From: Lepidodermella squamata
Taxonomy: Eukaryota > Animalia > Gastrotricha
Direction: 5' to 3'
Assembly: GCA_047495785.1 (NCBI GenBank)
Contig: JBLDXI010000015.1
Location: forward strand, 2,728,001 to 2,792,000
DNA: 64,000 bases
Part shown: positions 47,681-60,300 of the stretch, piece by piece
Layout: the number at the start of each line of letters is the position of its first letter
Numbering within the stretch: the first letter of the stretch is position 1
Position numbers and translations under genes: made by a program
Notes under the pieces: model-generated
What the model was told of the DNA's origin: nothing
The model's input: only the letters and a program-made list of their open reading frames with translations
Database searches by the model: none

Positions 47681-48084
47681 CTGGTTTCAATGTTTTACAT
47701 TGCTCTGAAAATTTCGAAAAATAGTCTTAGTGTTGAGCATTTGAAGCGCTATCTGGCACCGCCAACGTTTTCATCAAGGAAATTACCATGAAATCGGAAA
47801 TCGAAAGGTCACCTGATTTGTTTACTTTTCTAATCACTCGATGCTGATTTTTTTTTTAAATACTGCTTTATTTGGTTTCGGCCACGATTTTATACATCCG
47901 TAGATATTTATAATCGTAAGATTGTGTTTTGGATAGTAGTAGGTTCTTTCTCTACGTGGCTTCAAGTACAATTTGTGTTTGTTCAGAAAGGATAAAATGA
48001 GAGGAGGAGGTGAAACAGGAGATCGTACGATGGAGAGGTTGTTCAGTTTTCATATCACTAAGCACATGTCTGTTCGGTATATTA

Positions 48085-48330
48085 TTTGTAATAATTATTA
48101 TAATTATTATTATTGTTATTATTATTATTTGTGTGTGATGACCTCACCCTACCTCGCAGGTCCCGGGGACAACTGGTCACCCAGAATCAGCCTCTGCTTA
48201 CGCGAAGGTTGCGCTAGCCCACCGGCTGACAACACAACCTTCGCTGAAGGAGGCATTTTAGCCCGCTCGGCAGAAACTGACCCTGCATTCCACGCGCCGG
48301 GCCCCAGAGAGCGAGTGAAGCCATACCATT
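48085..48330 (-). repeat. Short GC-rich structured segment ending in an (AAT)n tail; SINE or LINE 3' end
   Basis: GC-rich 48135-48325 with the internal stem GCGAAGGTTG/CAACCTTCGC, followed on the minus strand by AAT repeats. Confidence 0.4.
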
Positions 48331-48891
48331 TTTTTTTATCATTATTTTTCGAGCTTGAGTGATTATTCTTTTCGATCGTGTTTGTGAATGAAGTGGCGTA
48401 GTAGCGTAGTAGTATATACAAAAAAAAGGTTGTCACAGTAAAGAGAAAAAGCAGTATACAGCAAATTGTGGCATTTAAGTCATAAAATTAAGCATAGCAA
48501 AACAGATATAGCAGTAGTATAATACAATGAAATTATAGGTGAACATGAAGGTTATGAGTGGCAGTATTGTCGTAATTCGCATGTCAGTATTCAGTATGTA
48601 TTTTGTAAATAAGGCGATCGCCAACGATAGTTTTGAGTAATATTCGCGTCATACATTTTTCTAACTTGTATTTACAAAATGTATTTACAACATGCATCAA
48701 ATAATTCGCGTTCTCTTCTGTACTCAAGCTTCTAGTCGCGAGCGAATGACATCGAGTGGAGTGATAATAGATATTCTGGATGGTAAGAGAGGCTGATGTT
48801 GTAGTAAATTGCGAGCGTCAATACCCGCGTCGGTCCCCACTCGAATGGCTCGAAAAAAGCAACATCAATTTTATTGTCTTAACTTTCAAAA

Positions 48892-51800
48892 ATGACCTGG
48901 AAAACGGTTTTCTGGGGTTTTTTGCTGGTTATCTCTGGCTGGTTGCTCTGGGATGTAGACCAGATTGCTCGCCTCGTTACGAGCAACACGCTGGTCCTAA
49001 ATTTATGTGGGATTGAACATGTTTTCGAACCTTTTTTCCATCTTTTCCGATTTTCATTGAATTCGCTGGTAATGCTCTCAACAATAATCATTGGAACTTT
49101 GCTTATTGCCGTGGGTGAATCCTCAAGAATTGAACTTCTGTCCAACTTCAAACCGAAACGCCTTGAATTCGAAACACCAAGAACCGTGAAGAAACGTCGT
49201 GGCCCTTGCCAGTCGTCGATAACTGCCATTAAACGCCGGTTTGTTATCCTTGTTGTTTGCTTTGCTTTGGGTGAGAAACTGCAATCTAACTATGAATCTA
49301 ATTCAATGAAAGCTGTACAATTGCCCCGTCATAGCGGTTTCCAAATGCAAGACATCTTGATAATACGGTATTCATGTCGCAGGAAGCTCATTCGTGGAAG
49401 AGGCCAAGCAGATTGGTTGGTCTATTTGTTGCTCATAACTGCAGGTGACATTGAAATGAACCCTGGCCCGGTATCATCAAACGAAACAATTGATCATGTA
49501 TGGTCAGGCAGCGTCGTTGTTGCTCAGGTTGAAAACGTCCTGAACGAGACAAGAGTTTCATTGGATTTCAACCCAGCTGATAGCCCTCAACCTGCACCCA
49601 GTTCGATCCAGAAACCCGAAAAAGAAAAGACGGTGGTCTGCACTGAAGAAGGTTGCAAAGCTAAATTTCTTGATAACAGAGGCCTTGGATGCCACATTCG
49701 AATGAAACATAAAACTGCTGGAACTAATGAGAATCACGTGGAACCTACAGTGGAATGTTCTCACTGTGACCGCAAATTTGCTACGAATAAAGGTTTAGCT
49801 CAACACATCACCCGATCCCATCCAGGTCAGCGTCGGAAAGAAACGGTCGAAAAGTTTGCAAGATCTACAACTACTACAACTGTTGGAATCGAAAAAGAAG
49901 ATCGTACCGAGATGACCAAATCAAAGAAACAAGTTTCTTTTTTTGCTGAATGGAGCGTCAAATTCAAAACTGTGATAACTAGTAACTGTTCCGATGAAGA
50001 ATTCGACGAAGCTGTGTCAGAATTCATGGAGAACCTCCCTAATGTTATTGACGATTTACCGGGCCCTAAGCACCCGGCTCGAAAATATGTCGCTGCCTGA
50101 AAGAAAAAGAGAAAGAACAAAAACTCGCCATCGAAAAAAAACTTTAAGGCATCGTCGAATCCTGCCAGAGCAGCAAAGCGATCGAGAGAAAAATCTAGAC
50201 ATCAATACGAATACGAACTGGCTCAATACCTCTTCTACAATCGGCGGCGTCAAGTCGCAAGATTAGTGACCAGCAAGGCCAAGTCCAAAGGTTGCCTAAT
50301 ACCGATAAGTCAAATTAATTCTTTTTTCGCAACACGATGGGGAAAAGCTAATGACTCGACACGACCTTTCTACGACAATGCGATGACAGTAGACGAACAA
50401 ACAAAAATTGACTCTACTTTCGAATCCGAAACAAGCGCTGACGAAGTAAAAGCCGCCGCGGCCGGGATAGCACTTGATACATCTCCTGGACCAGACAGAA
50501 CACTAATGAGAGTACTTCATGCGGAAGGCTGCATTGACGTTCTTGTCCTCATATACAACTCCATGCTGAAAAGGAAAATGCTTCCGAGGAGCCTCAAATT
50601 AGCAAGAACAGTGTTGATCGACAAATCTGGAGATTTGGGTGACCCAAACAACTGGCGTCCAATTACGATAACCTCACTTGTTCGAAGGGTTTTCGAACGA
50701 ATGCTTGATCGACGACTACGAGAATACGTAAGTTTTTCGTCTAACCAGCGTGGATTTACATCATGCGCCGGTACACATATAAACTCGTCGATTGTTTCCG
50801 GTTGTCTAAGAAAAGCGAAGGCAGAAAAGTCTACATGCGTTGTAACCTTTCTGGATCTGGCAAAAGCCTTTGACAACATTGGCTTTGAGCACATTCAGCG
50901 CACTCTGGAAACATTACCGATACCAAGCAACCTGCGTGAAATGATTCTGGAGCTAATTAATCATAATTCCACTCAGATCGAGGCAAATGGTCACAAAACT
51001 TCTAAAATCTCATTTCAAAGAGGAGTTATGCAAGGCTCACCAATCTCACCAACCATCTTCAATCTTTGTATCGATTTTGTCCTTCGTGAATTGTCAGAAA
51101 AAGAAGTAGCTGATGCCTATGGTTTTAAACTTTCATCAGAACTAGCAAACGTTTCAGTGCTCGGCTTTGCAGACGACACAACCCCAGTCGGAAATAGTCG
51201 TGATTCCGCTGCAACACTCGTCGAAATGGCTCGAAACCTCTTCTCTCAAATAGGCTTGGAAGTTAACGTAAAGAAATGCGCAGCGATTATCGTGGAAAAT
51301 GGTGTTTTATCCTGCGATCCTTTGATTTTAAGCAACGGAGATTCCATTCCGGCAATCAAAAACGATGAAACGATCAAGTATCTTGGCGTCACCTTCCATG
51401 ATGAAATTGTGTTTGACGAAGCAGCCGTCATCTCTGAACTGAAGGAACAACTAGAACTGCTAGCAAATTCGAACCTATTACTAGCAGACCAAAAACTGAC
51501 TATTTTGACTCAGTTCATCTGGCCAAAGCTTATTTATCCGTTTCAAACGGCGCCAATTAAAGCGATCAGGAAAACATTTTTGGAATCCGTTGACGTCATT
51601 ATGCGTAGCGTCGTTAAAGAATGCGTCGGTTTGCCTACAAGCACGCCCACTAGCTTCTTCTATGCTGCTCGTAAACATCGTGGTCTTAGCCTTCCGAAAG
51701 CTACTTGGGAAGCTTATCTTCAAATATATAATATTTGTAGAAAATTGTTAGTTAACGGCGAACCCCTGGTACTGGCCTGCAGAAACCTTGAGAAGGAAAT

Positions 51801-52780
51801 GGAAGAATGTCTAGCGAAACTTGATGTTGACCTTAACAATGATGAGCTTGATCAGAATCTGGATGAGGAATTGGAAAACGATGATCGATTCGACCCGGAG
51901 AAAAATCTTCCTCCGAATGCTAAGATTATACGTAGCACTCTTCGACTGCGAGAATTTGAAACATGGTGCAGCTTGGATCAAAAAGGGAGAGGAGTTGCCC
52001 AGTTCAAATGCGTGCCCAAAACAAACAATTGGGTTTTTCGGAGAAATGGGCTAAGCGTTGCTGAATGGACCATGGCGATCAAAATGTCTACAAACACGGC
52101 TCCGGTTAGAGGGGTACCAGGTGTCAGTCAGGACGGAAACCAGTGTCGTCGATGCGGCGCTGAGATTGAATCTCTTGCTCACGTCCTTGGCGCCTGCCCC
52201 TACAACTCGTTGCTAATCACTTCGAGACATAACAAAATTCGCCAGAAAATAGCGAGCGAATTGCGCGGCCAGGGTTATAATGTCACTGAGGAAGGACATT
52301 GTGTAGCCAGCAACGGCTCTTCTCGCCGCTTTGATATCCTAGCCCTCCGAAAAGGAAGCCGAACAGGAATAATTATTGATCCAACTATCAGATGCGAGTC
52401 TTCGCAAAACCAATTCGAATTGGTCGATGCGGAAAAACGCGCAATATACGAGCCATGTAGCAAGTTTATTTGCGAAGCATACAACCTAGATTCAATAGAA
52501 GTACATGGACTATACATTGGTGCCCGCGGATCCCTGACAACAGAAGCCGTAAAACTTCTGCGCGATTATGGAATCAACGCCGGCACAGCCATCGATATCG
52601 CTTCACAGGCCCTCAAAGACAGTATTCGAATTCTTCACCACCATCTATATTCCAACCAACGATAAATAACCAATACTTATTATTAAGAAATATCACCTAT
52701 ACTGAAGTTAATTAATTCATATCTCTGTGTCTTAAAGGCAATGTTACTAAGAATTATGTAACGCAGACCACCAATAAATC
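48892..52780 (+). mobile_element. RLE-type (R2/NeSL superfamily) non-LTR retrotransposon: 2A motif, two C2H2 fingers, RT, CCHC and restriction-like endonuclease; single in-frame stop
   Basis: ORFs 48892-50100 and 50266-52665 are in the same frame, separated only by TGA at 50098. SPGPD, NWRPI, LDLAKAFD, GVMQGSPISP, FADD, IKYLG, CRRC..ESLAHVLGAC, RHN and FDI..IIDPTI. Confidence 0.92.
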
Positions 52781-54218
52781 GGTATAATCTCTCTCTTTGA
52801 CTGTTCGTTCGATGATGCGTGCTCGAAACACGATGCTGATTCATTTCAGTAAAAGGCTTAGTCAGAAGTAGGATGTCTATCTTACAACTAGCTCTAGTAG
52901 GCCTCTGCGCGAGCGCACCCAGAAAGCCGGCTGATCTTCGCCGACTTAGCGATCTTGTGGGTAGCAAATGCTCAATATTCATCAGCGTAATAGCTCGCTG
53001 AATTCTCAGTAAACTACCACTTCTTGTTTTAGCTATCTGTTTGGCCGAGCCCTGACTTGTCTATGCACCATGAAAACTCCCTAATTTAGAAAAAATGATA
53101 GCGATTCTTACAATCAGACGACTACGTCGACTTGCACCGCCTGTCGCTATTATTAAAATGACAGTGCATCTCAGTATTATCAAAACTATTAATACTTAAG
53201 GTGGGTGTCTTTGAACTGGGAAGGGTGATTAGAAGCATATAACACACGATAAGCAGAAAAATTGAGAGATAGAACACAAGACTCGGTGCAATGTTTCGTT
53301 ACTGTTCTTTAGACAGCATCTCGCCGATCTTGTGCTTTAAATCAATTCTCAGCAGTTTTTAATTATTGACATGTAAAAAATTTAAATCTTATAAATTAAA
53401 TTCGACATGAATTAAATTGAATTAAATTAAATTTTATTCACGAAATAATTATTCATTAATCATTTAATGGGGTTTTCCTCACAGCCGGCCGCATTGCGGC
53501 CGAAAGGCATTTCTCGAAGAATTGCTGGAATGCGGCCGGATGCCTCGTTTCGCAAGATCATGGCCCGGAAATCAGCCTATTTTACAATATTTTTCAGCCA
53601 AATTAAGTTAAAATACCGTAAGCTGAAGATAAGCTGAAGATCGGTTCGCTCGCGTATTGCTTTCCCGTGCCCAATGTGCCAACATTGAGCTTTTTTCCTC
53701 ATCTTGGCTAAGTAAATCCAAGTTCCAAGTCCCAAGTAAACTAGGAAGGGCAAAAAATCCCAGCCGAAGAAAGCAAAGGCTCCTGTTTTTTAAGCCTTCC
53801 TGTGGGGAATGGCATCTCTTAGCTGAGTGGTCGCGACAGCATCCCTGTATTTCCTCACACCCTGAATACGCGAGTCACAAATTTGGCTTATTTGACTCAC
53901 CTTATTGCAGAAAAGTTTAGTTTAGGCTTGAAACAAATTTCGGCCGATGAATGAGCAATATGAGAGTTAGTGCGGCCGGAGAAGGGCCGAATTGTACCTG
54001 CTGCCGGGACTAAGGCTTCCCGACCGCCGAAAATGCCGATGTTGAAAAAGGTTTGCGGAGCACTGACTTATTCGGTAAAAAAATCTAGTTAGATTTATTC
54101 TATGTTACTAATGCTAAGCGATGGAAGACCCTCCATCCTCCTTATATTATTTTGTTTGCCATTTAGATTTTACCTTTCTCAGTTGGCAATTTTACATCGA
54201 ATTTCGCTGCAAAATTGA

Positions 54219-55409
54219 ATGAATAGACCTAATTTGGAGCATCAACTAATCATTCATCCGTTAAAGCATGTCCCAGCACCCTTCATCATCTGTATTCTTC
54301 CAACACTAATCGCAGCTGGAATTAAGACAGCAACTGAGCAGTATTCTAGTTCATCGAATGAACATGCAGAATTACTGTGTAACGTATCGAGCTCAAAGGT
54401 AATGCTGTACGACGGCAAGTCTGCAAATATCCTAGAGAAAAAAGGAACGGATGTTCAATGCCAAACAGCGTGTTATGTGAGTATACCTATCTCTTATGTA
54501 CCCATGGCTTGAATCTATTTGAATCTGTTTCATATGCAGCGACGTAATGAAACCCGTTGGAAACCGCCTGCTGTTCACTTCAAGCATGTTGGTGTCACTG
54601 AGGGTTGTGCCCCTGTTGCACCAGGAGGATTGATGACCAGAGTTGAGCTATCTTATTCAAATGGGAAGGAGTACAACATGACAGAGATGAGTTATTGCTC
54701 GTCTTGCGACAGTAGCTTAGCCCTTAGAGATAATGAACTGGATGAATGGTTGCGGCAAAGCACCAAGGCTTATGCTGGACAGGCTCCAGAATCGATCAAA
54801 TGCCGGTATGGGGACGGCAAAATCGACATATCCAGTGGGTTTCCCGGCAAGTACTATTGTTCGACTGATATTCGCGATGGGACAATAAGGTAGCCTTATT
54901 AGTACTATGTTAGCTTCGACATAAAGTTACTTTCAATTGGCAGGTACTATCACGAAGATTACGACGAAGGTTCTCCATGGTTGGTGGCGGGAAAGTATTC
55001 ATCCGGTGGGGCCGCTATAGCTTACATTTTGAAGTGTTCGTTTGCTGACTATTGCGTTGGCGGGGTCATGCTGCTTCAGTCTCTGATTCGAAAAACAATA
55101 CCAGTAAGTACGACCCGGCCGACTCAACTTGATGGTTATCGAACAACTTCTCAAAGCACAGTATCTGATGTACCATCTACGCCGGCTGAAATAATCACCT
55201 ATCTAACGACTGAAGCTGACACCACAAACATCTATGGTGTCTTCCCGGGCAATCCGATTTCGCCGAAGATAATTAAGACCTCAGAACCATCCGATGTTGT
55301 ATCAGCTGCTGTTAGCCCTTTTGCGGTGATTGGTGCGGCCGTGGGTTTGCTCGTCGTGCTTTATGTATGCAAATATTACTTGTTTCCTATACTCGTTGCA
55401 ATTGTATGA
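54219..55409 (+). CDS. Membrane-anchored Cys-rich protein C, fourth paralog (closest to B). Exons 54219-54476, 54540-54889, 54944-55409 (~357 aa)
   Basis: CQTACY followed by an intron; TEGC; YCSSC; KCRYG..YCS; CSFADYC; S/T stalk; C-terminal hydrophobic anchor with almost no tail. Start codon uncertain. Confidence 0.72.
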
Positions 55410-55428
55410 AAATAGCCTAATAAGGGTA

Positions 55429-55554
55429 TACCCTACTTGCGTATTTCCCACTTGCGTATCTTTTTTAGGGTCAGGTTTAGGGTTAGGGTTAGGGTTAGGT
55501 TTGAAGTTTGGGTTTAGCTTAGATACGCCAGTGGGAAATACGCTAGTGGGGGTA
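55429..55554. repeat. Small inverted-repeat element enclosing TTAGGG-like repeats, in the 3'UTR of gene C
   Basis: GCGTATTTCCCACT / AGTGGGAAATACGC arms around TTAGGGTTAGGGTTAGGGTTAGG. Confidence 0.75.
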
Positions 55555-55853
55555 ATTCGCTAATAAAATCTAAATCAATATAATATCCTTGTTGTTATAC
55601 AATGCTTCTATGCTCAATCAGTGATGCTCCAACCCCGATCCGATTTTCCAGCAGGAGGGAAACCTTGGATTAGCGATTAGCCATTTCTTGCATTGCATTG
55701 CGGCCGGCTCTATCCGAGGCTCTTCAGAAATTTGCTGAATTCAATAATATAATTTGCAAATGCACTTGACATTTATAGCCAAAATGACCTCATTTAACAA
55801 TAACACAAAAATTTTGTCAAGGCCGCGGTTATTTGAACTGAATAAATGTAGGA

Positions 55854-56184
55854 AATACGGCTGTTAACTGTGATATAAACGAGCTACAGCGAGTTTATAA
55901 GGTCGCCAGAAAAGCTGGTGCGTACCAGATGTGGCGAGCCCAGGCGAGCCACACAGTCGAGCTCTAGCGAGACTGTTTCTGGTGCGCGACAGCTTTGTTT
56001 GCTGGCGACCTTATGAATGATACATTTATCGTCAAGCGATCAACATCTGGTGTTGTATACGAATTGTTATGCATCCTCGCTCTCTGCAATAGCCGCTCGT
56101 GCCCCGACTCGGCTAAGCCTCGTCTTTTTGGGACTCGGCTATCGCCGAGAGCTTGTATGATAACATACTCTTAACAGCCGTATT
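55854..56184. mobile_element. Non-autonomous TIR element
   Basis: AATACGGCTGTTAA...TTAACAGCCGTATT, plus an internal inverted pair ATAAGGTCGCCAG/CTGGCGACCTTAT. Confidence 0.65.
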
Positions 56185-56571
56185 AGCTATTTATGCGTTG
56201 CACTCGGTCTTTTCTTCTGAAAAAATTAAATGAAAATGAAAATGATTTTAATATTTAGAAGTTTTTATCGGATTAATCATCGGATGTGATCATAAATTAA
56301 TAGTGGAAATGAACCCTTTCGAATTCCGTATCAGGGGAATTCCGATTAAATTAATAACACAGCACTATGAAAATGGTGCGATTAGCGATAAAATAATTTT
56401 ATGAATTGCTACTAGATCGGAGCATTGCTTTTCTTGGCGGAAAACTTATGAATTTAATGTGTTGAACCAAAATCTTATCAATGGTAATAGGTACCTATCT
56501 ACATTCTAAATAATAATTGTAATTGCAGAAGTTAGAAAACATAGCAAAGAGCAGCTGGGACAGTTTAATTT

Positions 56572-57304
56572 GCACATTTTCAGGCCCGCCTAAGTTTCCT
56601 CCACGCGCGCACTCTGATTGGTCGGCCACGCGCTCAATGAATGATAAAGGCTAACTTTCGAATTTACAGGCGGTTTTTATATCAAAATGAAGTTCATTAA
56701 ATTTGGAATCGATTGAAATAGGGGGTCTCGCTCGAAAAATGTAAAGCGAAAATGTTTTACGTGCATTCAAAGTAATACGCGCACGTACTATAGTAACTTG
56801 TGAGCGCGCGCGTTAACGAAAATTCAGACGACAAATTTTCATCACACGTAAAACATTTTCGCTTTACATTTTTCGAGCGAGAACCCCATATTCAATCGAT
56901 TCCAAATTTGATGAATTTCATTTTGATATAAAAACCGCCGATAAATTCGAAAGTTAGCCTTTGTAATGGTCGCGCGCGGTTTTAAAATACTAAAAACCAT
57001 GTGGAGGCACGACATAAACTTGTGCGCGCGCAATTCTGCAAGTCCCAACGATTCATTAAATTTCAATTTTAAATAATTTATTCCATACGAATTTTAGATA
57101 AGAATATTCAGTTTTAACTGCTCTGTCCAATGTGCTATCATGATAGTGGACGAATTTAATTTTAAAAATAAATTGGGGTATAATTCGGGAATTTGTTTGC
57201 TCGCATTGTGCGCGCGCTCACACGTGTTACGCAATCGCACGCACAAAACGCCAGCCAATAGGAGCGCGCGCGTGGAGGAAACTTAGGCGGGCCTGAAAAT
57301 GTGC
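56572..57304. mobile_element. Non-autonomous Mutator/MULE element with a 9-bp TSD
   Basis: GTTTAATTT|GCACATTTTCAGGCCCGCCTAAGTTTCCTCCACGCGCGC...inverse|GTTTAATTT. Confidence 0.92.
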
Positions 57305-57347
57305 GTTTAATTTAGTTTAAAGGAAAAACACTCTTAAACCACTATAG

Positions 57348-60300
57348 CAGTGTGTGTATTATGGCTGCGGCCGTGGTCTTGTTGGTTAGATCGCAGCAGT
57401 CCAACGCAAGGATCGACTCTCAGTAAGCACTTTCATTTAATGACGTTTTTCGTTTTGATTTGCACGTGCCTTTTCTCTCTTTTTCTACTCAACTTTTCTC
57501 ATAAATTTTAACACCCCTCTAGAATAACATAACAATAACAGCTCAGCGCCAACATTTTATTTTACGTTTATATCGGTTCTTAATTAACAGACTAATTTCT
57601 TTCCACCTCTTTCATGCCAAGAGGAGCTTGGCACTCCCCTACTGAATTTATTATCACCCCACTGTTTCATTTATTACAATTTTATTTGATTTTATGGGCC
57701 ATCACGGCGGTCGCGGAGGCTACAATAACCAGGCTTCTAGTCGACAACAAGATGTTAAGAAACCTGCTGGCCAAAGACAAGTAGACATCAAAACGGCCAT
57801 GCAGAACACGGGTCGCAATGTGGCGAAAACTGCAGAAAAGCGGAAAGCCACAAGCTCAGACACCACAGCAAATGGCAGTCTAGACAGCGGGACAGAGCAG
57901 CAAATTGCTAGCAACTCGTCGCCATCCACAAGTAGCCCACCGGTCAAAACTAGCACGGCTGAGGATCGAACTCCTTACAGGACTCAGGGTCAACCCAAAA
58001 AGCCGACTGTCACAACCACAAACAGAAGCACCGGCCATCGAGCCGACCTCGCGTCAAGGTTATCTTTCTTAAAGAAAGATAACCTTGACCTTAAAACTCG
58101 AGAAAAACTGACCGTCGCAATCGACGGCTTCGATCCCGAAAAGTACGATAACGCCGCAATCAGCGCCGAACTCGGTGACAAAATGCCAGGTCTAAAGGTG
58201 AAATACGTCTTTGACTACCCTAATGGTGGCGCCCGGGTGATCTGCTGCTCCACTGAAGATGCTGAAAGGCTTCTCAATAACCTACCGGCATCAGCATTCG
58301 ACGGCAACGCCGTAGCCCATCGCTCGTCTAAATACTATGAGCTTTTCCCGGAGGAAATTGCTGACAAGAAGGCTCCACCTGGTCGCCATCAAACGGCCCA
58401 GGAAATTGCGACGAAGGAGTTACAGGCGGTCAAGATCAAGAACGCCCCAAGCTACATGACTGCTGACAAGCTCAAGCAATACTGGAGTAACGTCGAAAAT
58501 ATTTACCCACTGAAAAGGAAGAACAGAAGCTTTGCGCAGTTTATATGTCTAATGAAAACAAAAGCCGATGCTGAAAGGCTGGTGAATGGCGAAGGCCAAA
58601 TCGGAGTCTTCGCTATCGAGGCAACACTGCTCAAGCCGGCACCCGACACAGGAGGACGCTGCAGCAAGTGCCAATCCCATCAGCACCACTTCCGCCAATG
58701 CAAAAGTAAAACCTTTGTCTGCAGTCATTGCGCTGGCGCGCACAAATACATCGATTGCACGGTAAAGAATGACGAAACGAAGCGTCACTGCGCCAATTGC
58801 GATAAAAAAGGGCACGGAGCTGGAAGCCGCGGCTGCCCCACGTTGCTACGAAAACAGCAGGAGATTCGCGCTTCCGAACACCGAGCTGTGGAAGAAATTT
58901 CAAATACTCCGAAACAGCCCGTATACACTGCAGCTCCGCATCCGGACAAGAGCGCCTGGCCGGCTATACCCGGCCTAGAGACCGGGGAGCCACCTCAACC
59001 CCAACCCAGGCATCCCCCGCAACAACAGCAATCTGTCTCTTTGGAGAACCTGATCGACAGGCTGCTCAACTCCGAAGCTTTCCAAATCAGGTTGGCTAAC
59101 ATCGTTGCTGACGCAATTAGCAAGGCGATGGTAAATCATTTCAGCCTATTCTCGCGAGGCTCACACGTGCACCCCCCTATCGCGCAAGGAGCAACTGCCG
59201 GCCAACTGCCGGTAACAGGTGCCTCGGTGGCCAGAGGAAGCGGCGCCCGGGGCTCTAGCACCGCTTCGGCATCAGACGATGACGACTGGGGGCGCTGCAG
59301 CGACTGGTGACAACGCCTGGGGCGAAAGTTCTGGCTCGACCGCATCAACATCAGCGTCATTTCTCGTCCAAACAAACCAAAAGTAACTTTTAACTTAACC
59401 TTTTTCATCTACTAGGCTTCGCATCTCAAGTACTTAAATCTAAGCTATCTAAAGAAATCAGAAGGATGCTCATTATAGTGCAATGGAACTGCCGCAGCTG
59501 TAAGCGCAAGAGACGTGAGCTCATTCTCTTAGCAAAAGAACTAAAAGCTGATATTATATTCTTAAACGAAACTCATTTAGACCGAAGTTATACCTTCAAA
59601 ATTCCCGGATACACTATGTTTAGACTTGACCGCTCGAAAGATGAAATTAATAAAACTGATGAAAATAGTCATGGCGGTGTCGCCATTTTAGTCAAAAACA
59701 ATATCCGCGTCCTGGGTGAAATGTATTCGTATTTTACTGAAGCTAGTGAATGGCTCGCCTTGCGAGTACTCGACAAATCTGGCAAAGAGATCATTTTAGC
59801 TACTGGCTACCGCTCACCAAGCGAGGAGCTTGACACGACATTTTTGGAGAGCACTTTAGGTGGATTGTTATACAATAACGACAACACACCAGCAATTTTC
59901 GGAGGTGACCTAAACGCCTGGCACACTCGTCTTCTAACCGGCGGCAAAGGCAACAACGCCGCGGGCACCGCTCTGGCATGCTGGCTCGAAGCAGAAGGCC
60001 ACCATCTACTTAGCAAAGGTGAGCCTACCCATTTCTCGCCGAACAAGGTGGGACGCCTAATCGACATTTGGCTGGCAAACTCTGAGGGACGCGCGCTCAT
60101 AAACGCGAATCCAACTGTTCATGCGAAGTACGGCAGCGACCATGCGGCGATCAGGATCGAACTAAATGTTACTAGCACACCAAATCGCCCGAAGTCGGAC
60201 TCTAACGAAGAACGGTATAAATTCAACCACGCAAATTGGTCTAAATTTCGAAAAAGGCTGACCTATTGGCTTCGCGAGCTTGCTGAACCGGTGATCCCGA

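Noticed and set aside
48135-48185. HDV-like ribozyme upstream of the RLE retrotransposon
   Set aside because: A CCTCGC loop is present but no P1/P2 pairing could be built, and the segment looks like a minus-strand 3' tail.
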